From a virus (taxonomy: Duplodnaviria > Caudoviricetes): 34,768 nucleotides of DNA. The first letter of the stretch is position 1. Each line of letters opens with the position of its first letter. Below the pieces are notes generated by a model that saw nothing but the letters and a program-made list of their open reading frames with translations, searched no databases and had not been told where the DNA came from. A program made the position numbers and the translations under genes. The stretch covers positions 1-34,768 of IMG/VR virus record IMGVR_UViG_3300030330_000585, one strand, 5' to 3'. Positions 18,301 to 26,239 of this stretch are shown piece by piece.

Positions 18301-21300
18301 TAGTCGGTAGAAGTTTTCCACTTAGATATATCAACAATAACGCTTATGATAATTTAGGCGCTAACGGAACTATAATGCCTCCTAGTATAAATCCCTTTGG
18401 TGAATACAATACTGATTTTAACGGAAACGAAATAACTGGATCTACACCTCTTGAGAATGATACTGTTACTGCTTCAGGAGATAGAGAAAACCACCCTACA
18501 GAGTACTCTTACAATACTGGTGGTACTATGACTAATAATAGTGGCGAACCAACAAATAATACTGGTACGTACACTTGGGGTTTTTTCTCTAACAATAATC
18601 CTTTTTCAGCAGGTGTCACCGCTAGCCACATAAGTAACAATCCTATTGGGGCTTTGAACAATAATCACCAAGACGGTGACTCTGAAAAGTACTGGGAAGA
18701 GGTAGCTAACCAAGACTCTTTCTTTATAGACGGATGCACGGCTTACGATTGGAATGGTAATATACAAGTCAATCACACTAGCAACCAAGGTAACATTATA
18801 TTTGATGAGCAGTTTGATGCCACTATACGAGCTTCTGACTATGACGATGGTTACGAAGGAAGTTACACTGGTAACTGTACTTCTTTTGCTAATCCTAGTA
18901 GGGCTATATGGGGTAGTGGACGTTTAATGGATATTTCTTGGTGTCAGTTTACTAGAAACCACACGCATAATAGTGGCTCAACACCATATGCGCAAAAGCT
19001 TCAAGACTCTGCATCTGGTGATGATCAAGCTGAAGCGCTTGCGTTTATACAAGAATTAGTCACACCAGGTACTAAGTTTAGATTTTCTCGAGATCCAGAT
19101 GCAATTATATATACTACAATAGGCACATATGGATATGGATCATCTAATATTGAAGGCACGTTGAAATACAACGATCCTCTTACGTGGGTGACTTCACAAA
19201 CTACAAATGAAACTGGTGCTTGGGGTATAAGAAACTATGCTAGTACTGGTGTTCCCATGAGTACTAGGGAGAAAAGGATGTTTAACTACGGTAACATAAG
19301 ACAACGTTGGACTATTAGAGTTAGTAATAGTGCTGGTGGTGGTATTGGATCTGCTGGGCATGGTTATGATCCTACGAGAGGTACTTTGCCTTTATCTCAA
19401 GGAGGTCCGCTTACGAACGCTCCAGAGTTTAGAAGGGCTTTGCACCATGATGGTACAGATGCTGACGCTATACAGATTATGATCCCTCTTCTCGACAATG
19501 TTAATAGCGAAGAGACTTTTGTTGATAACCCAGCGGTTTGGGAAATTGAACCTAGAGAAACTGTAGAACTAGATATATACTATCAAGCTTCACCGCTTAT
19601 ACCTATTGTATTAGATAAATCTACCAACGAAGAACTTTTACCTATAGGATCTACGTTTACTTTGCCAGCACAAGAAGCTGCTCAAGGTGTTCTTGAAACG
19701 CCAGAAACTACCCATACTATCACTGGTTGGAGCGATCAAACAATGACGTTTACACCAGCCGTTACAACTGGATTTGTTTTTGAAGAAAATCAATTAATAA
19801 CATTTAATAAATATAGCAACTATTCTTTAAACGCTAGATTAGATGTTACTGCATCAGCGTCAGCGGGTGTTACTCAACTCACTCTTCACGGTGGGCCTAC
19901 AACAAATGAGAATGTTCTTAAGATACCATACCAGACTCACTTTTTAGATTATAATAACTGCTGGTGTTTTGGAAACGGAGTAGAGTCAGATAGAGTAAGA
20001 GACATGTTTAACGATCCTCAAATGGATAACGGCGTTAAAGCGTCAACAGTTGTAGCAGATCCTTCTCTTTTAACTGAAGAGCGAAAAAAGCATGGATTAA
20101 TTTGGTCAGGAATTTACAGTAGTAATACTAGTACAAACGACACTAATCAGTTTATTGCTGCTGAGCCTATCACTAAAGATATAAACCCAGTTTACGGTAG
20201 TATACAGAGGTTGTTAAATAGAGAAACTAGATTAGTTATGTTCTGCGAAGACAAGGTTTTAAGAGCAGTAACAAACAAAGACGCTTTATATAATGCGGAT
20301 GGTAATCCTCAACTAGTATCTAGCAACGCCGTTATTGGTGATGTAACACCGTATGCTGGTAAATATGGTATAGCTACTAACCCTGAGTCTATGGCTGCTA
20401 CTCCAGAGAATACGTACTTTACTGACGTTATGCGCGGTAGAGTTTTAGTGTTGTCGAACTCAGGTGATGGTATTAGGCCTATATCTGACATAGGTATGAA
20501 AGATTATTTTGCTGACTTCATGGCTGACTATGTTGACACTGCTATAGGTAGCTACGATTCTCGTAAAAAAGAATACAATATAACTATAAGTAAAAAATAC
20601 GAGCCGTACCAAGCTCAATCACACGAGCAAACTACAGTGTCATATAGTGAGTATTCTAAAGGCTGGATAAGTTTTAAGTCTTATTATCCAGACGCTGGTA
20701 TTAGCTTAAATAACAAATACTACACGTTTAAAAACGGTTTAATATACGAGCATCACTACGAACAAGACGCTGGAACTATCTATAGTAGGAATCAATTTTA
20801 TGGAACTCAATACACGTCTGACATAACACCTATATTTAACGGCATGCCAGAGTCTGTTAAAGGCTTCAATTATTTTAAGTACGAAGGATCAAACGCTAAA
20901 ATCCCTCTTTTTCAAGAGCTTCATAATCAAAATTACTTTACAGGAGATTACAGTGTTAACGACGGTTTAATTGATACAGATAATGTTACTGATGGTGAGT
21001 ATTACAATATTTATTTTAAAGTAGAAAATCAACTTGGATGGTATATAGACAACGTAACTACTAATCTTCAGACATGCGGTAATGTGTATTTCTTAAATAA
21101 GGAGGGCAAGCACTACGCGTATCCTACTGGTGAAACAACTAGTTTATCTAATCTTGACACTAAAGAGTTTAGCGTACAAGGTATAGGTATGGCTAATATA
21201 GTTCATAACGATAACACCGTGGGAGATCAAGCTACGTTAACATTTACTAACAACTTGAATCCTGTTCAGAATTTTGGTGGCGCTGGTCAAAGTGATTTTA

Positions 21301-23369
21301 CCGGTAACGCGGATCAGTTAGGTTTAGGTAGATGGACGATTACTGATGCTACTTATAACGCTACTGTAGGTACCGCTCTAGGTAGTAGCCAAACTGTAGA
21401 AATGACTATAAGTCCTTTTTACGACGATGTTTATACTGGTTTCCCTGTTAGCGCTAGTAATTTTAAGCTTGACGGCGCGACAGAGAGTCCAGCAGGTACG
21501 TTTACTGTAGACAATAACACAGGTGTAAAAAGTTCAAGTGGAAGTGCAGGAGCTGGAGACGGCCTTGAATTAGATTCTGCTGTAGCAAGCGTTGTGTTTT
21601 CTGACAACGGTGTTGCTGGAGATCCTGCTAATACCGTAAAAGTGACAGTAAACTTAAATGCTAGCTTTATACCAACAGGAAGTGGCACTACTACTCTTGA
21701 TATAGATGAAGTTGTAGCTAAAACTGCAAGAGAAAGATCTTCTTGCTTGCTAGTCCAATATGATAATTTATCTAACGCAAGCGAAACCGCAAACGCAGTA
21801 TCAGGAATTACTACCGCTAACGTGCTAAACTTATCGCACGTTATAAATCAGCACAGTGGTAATGTTAACGAAGGAGAGTCTAACTTAATTGCTCACTATA
21901 CGTTTGCAACAACTGGTACTAGTTACTATGTTGGCGGTGTAGCTAGTCCTACTGTTAGTTTTGAAAGTTTAGGAGCATATGCGCCTTATTATTCTTACAC
22001 TATAGATCTTGCGCTTACAGGTAGTAATATAACTTCTTTTGTAGTTAAAATATATTACGACCCACCTGTTGTTAGTTATTTAAGCGTTGATCCGCCAGAT
22101 ATTTGTGCACTAGCGCATAAAGCTGTAGTTAGAGCTCAAGTAAAAACGCCTGACGTAGATCTTCATGATATTCGAAGCTTATCATATACGCCTGATGTGA
22201 GCTCTATTGGTGGTATTAAAACGATTACTGTTAGAGGCGCTAAAAACGCTAAATATAAGCTTTCAGTACAAAAAAAGCAAGGATTAAACAATCCTGTTAC
22301 TACTACCACAGGTGGTTATTATGATTTTAGTAAAAATTCTTTTGTAGATGATGAGTCAGGTGTGATAGGAACTATTGATGCGACCGGATTCGTTGATCAC
22401 CTTGTGTCTTTCCCAAGCGTAAGCGCTGATACTAGATATGACATTATTGTAGATGGTATAGTAAACGGCTCTACTTTTTCTTTAGCAGATTCGATACCAA
22501 CAATTGCTGGTGATGCAACTATTACGCAACATGGTACTAGAACACTAACGTTATCTCCTACGACTCAAACAGCAGCTAATTTTGGAACTTTACCTACTGT
22601 AGATATAATTAGACCTGCTAGACACAATCGTGATAGATATTATGATTTACCTTTCTTAAAAATAAATCAAACAGGTACTACTAAAAACGTAGCTTCTACT
22701 AGACTGTTGTTAGATAAAGAGAATAAAAACATCAAGCAAGGTATGTTTGTTATAGATCCGTCTAGTAATACATCTATACCACATAACACAACTGTTGTAG
22801 GTGTAAGAAGCAACGCTATAACCCTAAGCAACGCGTGTACTATACCTGACAACACTAGATTGACATTTATAAAAGGTAACGCTAGTTTTGTGCCGTTTAC
22901 TTTAACGATACCACCTGGAATTGGTAAAACTTTATATTTAAATTCTAGCGCTAGCGTAGTTGATTCATTAGCAACAGAATCTGTTTCTTTCGTTCCTCAC
23001 ATGCCTACGTCTGACGATATTACAATTAGACCAAGCACTTCGTTATATACACCGGCACAGCAATTTGAGTTTGTTAGCAGAGTGAATGTTGGAGACATAG
23101 TCTCTGGTAATAAAGTTAGCACTAATAATCTTACGGTGGCAGCAACAGACACTTCGGCGTTTACTATAACTTTAAATCAATCAGACATAGGCGCTGAGCA
23201 ATCAGACAAGTTATCATTTTCTGGTTCAGCAGCAGCCGCCAAAGTTGTGCACGCTACTTCCGCTATAACTGACGGAGATTTAATTATAAACGGTTATCTT
23301 AAAATTGATGACGTAAACACCAGGGCTAACATACCTGTATTTATTGATAATCTAGTAAACGTAAACTAA
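15393..23369 (+). CDS. Giant tail stabilisation (muzzle/nozzle-like) protein with inserted fibre-like domains
   Basis: 2658 aa, beta-rich. Core-looking blocks: MNKDMDERLVPNGEYRDANNI, ITGINILEDFIYFTD, FSYRYKY, RLIYGNY, YQVGVVFSDEYGRE, FGNGVESDR, YGSIQRL, YGIATNPES, GWISFKSY. Confidence 0.75.
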   Translation: MAELRQDFSKARMNKDMDERLVPNGEYRDANNIQIATSDGSDIGTVQSLLSNYLRNRTEQNASEGNYNHIYTDGSQSTDFKHTVVGTVADASKDKIYYLVSGGDLYNANGYPSVRKDYIIEYDTVTETNKYVFVDIFEVDTTVSGAPGSTTTFHIALGAGDSQYDIGIRVGMNITTTATTPNTTLNTDLVVTAIAYDTDGGTNKWKITTNKAHGLSDTNAIAFEAKRVLNFSKFNLITGINILEDFIYFTDNVHEPKKISISRSIAGTGGLVELNTEPTDIFTGNTQHFHTRLVKDSSSYEESQNTLRVVVNDAGTLPVYVDESHVTVIRKSPTQPLKLKMFRQESSKINSQGEENPVTGTIENFMHDFNGNVLGPSGQLFSDADGFFFTSEIDIREGDIILGTLEENLDLETAEEDYFDYRMLCLDSPVTGPNNLTAGASPNNTFVFSLLSMSSAAQQYFDDQFLPLQNLHVKIQEKDIIFQHKFPRFSYRYKYQDGEYSTFAPFSEVAFLTGDYEYKPNKGYNFGMSNQLRTLHLTDFVGHEDIMPEDVVEIDILYKETNNPTVYSVETLKPTDDGWPGSQQLQDQNNDNRRGFIELDTDLIHAVIPSNQLLRPYDNVPRKALAQEITANRLIYGNYVQNYTIDSNPRLSVNYQRTKYSDGGFEYAPPSVKSLRNYQVGVVFSDEYGRETPVLSSDASSVFIPIQASADRNRLAVALDVKNTTIPDWAKYFSYYVKEPTAEYYTMAMDRWYNAEDGNIWISFPSADRNKIQEDDTIILKKAAGSNEAIKVDNRYKVLAISNEAPDFIKETKKVLGTVVASLGTIGNTSTGNLYPLPGVNRISVTSADFIKQFGHNLHVITPDKLLLRIEGAGETSDLYEVAALTRLIEGTGPIGGGNFAITTKKPFGEDMSFTSTTNSGLDAIDEIRLTLIQVDVLNKPEFDGRFFVKIFKDPTLAKYVLIQQQEDLVVGRSFPLRYINNNAYDNLGANGTIMPPSINPFGEYNTDFNGNEITGSTPLENDTVTASGDRENHPTEYSYNTGGTMTNNSGEPTNNTGTYTWGFFSNNNPFSAGVTASHISNNPIGALNNNHQDGDSEKYWEEVANQDSFFIDGCTAYDWNGNIQVNHTSNQGNIIFDEQFDATIRASDYDDGYEGSYTGNCTSFANPSRAIWGSGRLMDISWCQFTRNHTHNSGSTPYAQKLQDSASGDDQAEALAFIQELVTPGTKFRFSRDPDAIIYTTIGTYGYGSSNIEGTLKYNDPLTWVTSQTTNETGAWGIRNYASTGVPMSTREKRMFNYGNIRQRWTIRVSNSAGGGIGSAGHGYDPTRGTLPLSQGGPLTNAPEFRRALHHDGTDADAIQIMIPLLDNVNSEETFVDNPAVWEIEPRETVELDIYYQASPLIPIVLDKSTNEELLPIGSTFTLPAQEAAQGVLETPETTHTITGWSDQTMTFTPAVTTGFVFEENQLITFNKYSNYSLNARLDVTASASAGVTQLTLHGGPTTNENVLKIPYQTHFLDYNNCWCFGNGVESDRVRDMFNDPQMDNGVKASTVVADPSLLTEERKKHGLIWSGIYSSNTSTNDTNQFIAAEPITKDINPVYGSIQRLLNRETRLVMFCEDKVLRAVTNKDALYNADGNPQLVSSNAVIGDVTPYAGKYGIATNPESMAATPENTYFTDVMRGRVLVLSNSGDGIRPISDIGMKDYFADFMADYVDTAIGSYDSRKKEYNITISKKYEPYQAQSHEQTTVSYSEYSKGWISFKSYYPDAGISLNNKYYTFKNGLIYEHHYEQDAGTIYSRNQFYGTQYTSDITPIFNGMPESVKGFNYFKYEGSNAKIPLFQELHNQNYFTGDYSVNDGLIDTDNVTDGEYYNIYFKVENQLGWYIDNVTTNLQTCGNVYFLNKEGKHYAYPTGETTSLSNLDTKEFSVQGIGMANIVHNDNTVGDQATLTFTNNLNPVQNFGGAGQSDFTGNADQLGLGRWTITDATYNATVGTALGSSQTVEMTISPFYDDVYTGFPVSASNFKLDGATESPAGTFTVDNNTGVKSSSGSAGAGDGLELDSAVASVVFSDNGVAGDPANTVKVTVNLNASFIPTGSGTTTLDIDEVVAKTARERSSCLLVQYDNLSNASETANAVSGITTANVLNLSHVINQHSGNVNEGESNLIAHYTFATTGTSYYVGGVASPTVSFESLGAYAPYYSYTIDLALTGSNITSFVVKIYYDPPVVSYLSVDPPDICALAHKAVVRAQVKTPDVDLHDIRSLSYTPDVSSIGGIKTITVRGAKNAKYKLSVQKKQGLNNPVTTTTGGYYDFSKNSFVDDESGVIGTIDATGFVDHLVSFPSVSADTRYDIIVDGIVNGSTFSLADSIPTIAGDATITQHGTRTLTLSPTTQTAANFGTLPTVDIIRPARHNRDRYYDLPFLKINQTGTTKNVASTRLLLDKENKNIKQGMFVIDPSSNTSIPHNTTVVGVRSNAITLSNACTIPDNTRLTFIKGNASFVPFTLTIPPGIGKTLYLNSSASVVDSLATESVSFVPHMPTSDDITIRPSTSLYTPAQQFEFVSRVNVGDIVSGNKVSTNNLTVAATDTSAFTITLNQSDIGAEQSDKLSFSGSAAAAKVVHATSAITDGDLIINGYLKIDDVNTRANIPVFIDNLVNVN

Positions 23370-23370
23370 C

Positions 23371-23760
23371 ATGCCATCAGCAACATTAAATTTTTCAGCA
23401 CCAATAAATGTGTCATGTCAAGTAGGTGACACCGCTTACTATGTAGACACTAACTCAGTAGGTGGTTTTACAGTATCTACTGACTCTATGGCAACTCAAG
23501 AAAACACTATTATAGAGATAGGTGAAATACGTGAAATACAAGGGCCAAAAACTAATACGCCGGCTATAATAGTTGAAACAACTTTAGGTTACAATGAGTT
23601 AAACGGGTTAAATAAGTTTATATTCTTTTCAAAAAACAATAAAGCTAATTTAAGCTCACCTTTAGGTTATTACGCTAGCGTTAAGTTCGTAAATGATAAC
23701 AACTATAGAACTGCAGAGCTCTACGCTATTGAGGCGGACATATACGAAAGTAGTAAATAA
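23371..23760 (+). CDS. Small tail-associated protein
   Basis: 129 aa starting 1 nt after the large tail gene; ends LGYYASVKFVND...AELYAIEADIYESSK. Confidence 0.65.
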   Translation: MPSATLNFSAPINVSCQVGDTAYYVDTNSVGGFTVSTDSMATQENTIIEIGEIREIQGPKTNTPAIIVETTLGYNELNGLNKFIFFSKNNKANLSSPLGYYASVKFVNDNNYRTAELYAIEADIYESSK

Positions 23761-23763
23761 ACA

Positions 23764-23795
23764 CTAAAAAGTGTAACTATATATCAGTACACTTT
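23764..23795 (+). promoter_or_regulatory. Candidate promoter/operator, copy 2, with an 8-bp inverted repeat
   Basis: CTAAAAAGTGTAACTATATATCAG resembles 1256-1279. AAAGTGTA (23768-23775) and TACACTTT (23788-23795) form a perfect inverted repeat. Confidence 0.4.
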
Positions 23796-23806
23796 AATTA
23801 AATTTA

Positions 23807-24280
23807 ATGACTGATAATAAGTTACAAAAAAACTTTAAGTCAGACGTAAAAAATCTACTTAACACATTAGCAAAACACGCTGACGGAGAAAATATAATTG
23901 TAGGTACGAAACAAGATCCTATAGTTACAAACTCAGATAAACTACCTATAGAACATTTTTTTATGGACGGAGTTTACGTTAGAAAAATGACTATGTATAA
24001 GGACTCTGCTGTTGTAGGCGCGATACATAAGCATTTGCATATGTGTTTTTTATTATCTGGGCACTTAACAGTGTCTAGCGAACATGGTGTTGTAGAATAT
24101 AAAGCGCCTTGCCATGTAATCGCTACACCAGGGACTCAAAGAGTTTTATACGCTAACGAAGAAAGCGTTTGGTACAACGTACATAAAAATACAACTAACA
24201 CTGAAGACGTTAAACAGATTGAATGTGATTTAGTGGTATTAAATCAAGAAGAGTATGAAGAATATATTAAAAATAAATAA
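23807..24280 (+). CDS. Cupin-fold protein
   Basis: HFFMDGVYVRKM...VVGAIHKHLHMCFLLSG.LTV...PGTQR...VWYNVH fits the double-stranded beta-helix motifs with His ligands. Confidence 0.72.
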   Translation: MTDNKLQKNFKSDVKNLLNTLAKHADGENIIVGTKQDPIVTNSDKLPIEHFFMDGVYVRKMTMYKDSAVVGAIHKHLHMCFLLSGHLTVSSEHGVVEYKAPCHVIATPGTQRVLYANEESVWYNVHKNTTNTEDVKQIECDLVVLNQEEYEEYIKNK

Positions 24281-24283
24281 ATC

Positions 24284-25072
24284 ATGGCATTTGCGTTAAG
24301 TACTGTAGCAATTGTAGGTGGAGCTATAGCCGCTGCCGGAGGCGTAGCTAAAGCTATTGATGGTGGTATTAAAGCTAAAGAAGCAAAGCTAGACGCTGAA
24401 AGGGCTGAAAAAGAGATGGAGAAGCAGAAGAATCTCTTTGCTAGTTTAGATACTAGTAATCCATACCTTAATATGGAGAACACTATGGAAGATCTTACGG
24501 TAAACCAGAAAGAAGCTCAGTTTATGGCTCAACAATCACAGCAGTCGCAAGCTAATATATTGCAAAGCATGCGTGGAGCGGCTGGAAGCTCTGGTATTGC
24601 AGCGCTAGCTCAAACACTGGCTAATCAAGGTGCTTTAGATGCGCAAAAAGCCGCGGCTTCAATTGGAGCACAAGAAGCAGCTAATCAAAAGTTACGTGCA
24701 GAAGAAGCTAGTAGAATACAAGGTCTTGAGCGTGAAGGCGAACTTATTAGTAGAGAAGCTGAAATGGGTAAAGTATCATCTTTACTTGGCATGGCAGCAG
24801 ACGAAGCTGCTGCAGCGCGTCAAGCACAGGCTGAGTTTAGAGACCAAATGTTTGAAGGTATATCAGATACTGGTGGCGCTCTCATGAGCATGGGTGGTGC
24901 TAAAGGTGGTGTTGGTGGTAGTGGTAGTAAAGGTGGCGTTGGTAGTGATATAGAAAAGTTGCTTGGAGATTTAAGCGAAGAAGAACTACAAGAGCTAATA
25001 AGAAAAACAGGTGGAGACGCTTCAGGAGGAGGTACAGGCTTACAATTACCAGGCGGTGATGGTTTAGTTTAA
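24284..25072 (+). CDS. Probable internal virion/ejection protein
   Basis: Gly/Ala hydrophobic N-terminus (AIVGGAIAAAGGVA), Gln/Ala coiled coil and Gly-rich tail; typical position after the nozzle. Confidence 0.65.
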   Translation: MAFALSTVAIVGGAIAAAGGVAKAIDGGIKAKEAKLDAERAEKEMEKQKNLFASLDTSNPYLNMENTMEDLTVNQKEAQFMAQQSQQSQANILQSMRGAAGSSGIAALAQTLANQGALDAQKAAASIGAQEAANQKLRAEEASRIQGLEREGELISREAEMGKVSSLLGMAADEAAAARQAQAEFRDQMFEGISDTGGALMSMGGAKGGVGGSGSKGGVGSDIEKLLGDLSEEELQELIRKTGGDASGGGTGLQLPGGDGLV

Positions 25073-25084
25073 ATTTTAAAAATT

Positions 25085-26239
25085 ATGGCAGAATCAACAA
25101 GATCATTAGATTACGGTTTAAGTGGAGATATATTAGACAGGGTTGCTGGCGCTAGAGAGGCTAAGTACGAACCTGGCAAAAGAACTATATACGACACAGC
25201 TGTAGATTTAGGCACAAAAGCTTTAGAAAAAGGTAAAGAAAAACAAGCTGCTCAACAAGAGTCTTTAGCTGATTGGGATAGTGCTTTCGACGCTATGGGT
25301 GATCGTGGTTCTTGGGCTTCACCTCAGTTATTCGATCAATTCCAGGAGTTAGAAAGAGGATATAGAGATGCTTATATAGAAGCTGTTAGATCTGGTAACA
25401 AAGCTGATCAGCAGAGAATGTTAAAAGAACAAGCAGCTAGATCATCATCTCTACAGGGTTGGAAAGACGTAATGGAAACAGCTAAACAAATAAACGATGA
25501 AGTTGGTTGGGGCGCGCTTGTAACTAGAAACTCTAAAAGTAAGGCTATATTACAAGCTTTAGCTAAAGGTGACGGTAGCGCTGTACCTGTTGTTGGTGAA
25601 AATGGAGAGTTGTTATTTCAAATAAACGGCGAAAGATATAGCCGTAGTCAAATAGATGATTTAGTTGCTAAAGGTACAAATCCGAAAGCATTAAGATCGC
25701 AATTTTTGAACGGCGCGGCTAGTCAAATGGAAGCTGGTTTAAAAAACGGTGTATTTGAATACAGTTTGGTTAACGAAACAAACTTAAATAGCCTTGATAA
25801 CGATAAAATGTATACATACATATATGATGCGTGGACAGGACCTAAGTCATTTGCTGAGGAGATTAAAGCTATTGAAGGAGCTACGTTTTCAATACAAGTG
25901 CCAGAGAATCACCCTTTAGACACAACTGGTGATGGCACGGTAGATATACAAGACTTTCAGGTTAAAGGCATAGATATTGATACTATGTTAGAAGCTATGC
26001 AAGATCCAGAAAATATAGACATAGCTAAGCAAGTTATTGCAGACTACATGACTATAAAGCAGAAAATTAATTACGAGAAAGGTAAAAAAATATATGACGA
26101 AAGACAGCAAGGTAGGTTTGCGAATATGACAGATAAACAGCAAATAGACGCTATGGTAGAAGCTGGTGGTATTACTAAAGACGCGCTTCTAGCAATGTAC
26201 CCAGATTCAGAAAGCTACATTAACAGTTTAAATCTATGA
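25085..26239 (+). CDS. Probable second internal virion/ejection protein
   Basis: 384 aa, helical; ATGA-coupled to the giant ORF; has an EF-hand-like loop DTTGDGTVDIQDF. Confidence 0.6.
   Translation: MAESTRSLDYGLSGDILDRVAGAREAKYEPGKRTIYDTAVDLGTKALEKGKEKQAAQQESLADWDSAFDAMGDRGSWASPQLFDQFQELERGYRDAYIEAVRSGNKADQQRMLKEQAARSSSLQGWKDVMETAKQINDEVGWGALVTRNSKSKAILQALAKGDGSAVPVVGENGELLFQINGERYSRSQIDDLVAKGTNPKALRSQFLNGAASQMEAGLKNGVFEYSLVNETNLNSLDNDKMYTYIYDAWTGPKSFAEEIKAIEGATFSIQVPENHPLDTTGDGTVDIQDFQVKGIDIDTMLEAMQDPENIDIAKQVIADYMTIKQKINYEKGKKIYDERQQGRFANMTDKQQIDAMVEAGGITKDALLAMYPDSESYINSLNL

Noticed and set aside
5844-24887. Short alternative-frame plus-strand ORFs (5844, 6456, 15133, 24639)
   Set aside because: Nested within larger genes, with no leader or motif support.
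24901-24946. Direct repeat TAAAGGTGGYGTTGGT with a 27-nt period
   Set aside because: It simply encodes the Gly-rich linker KGGVG twice; not a CRISPR or regulatory repeat.
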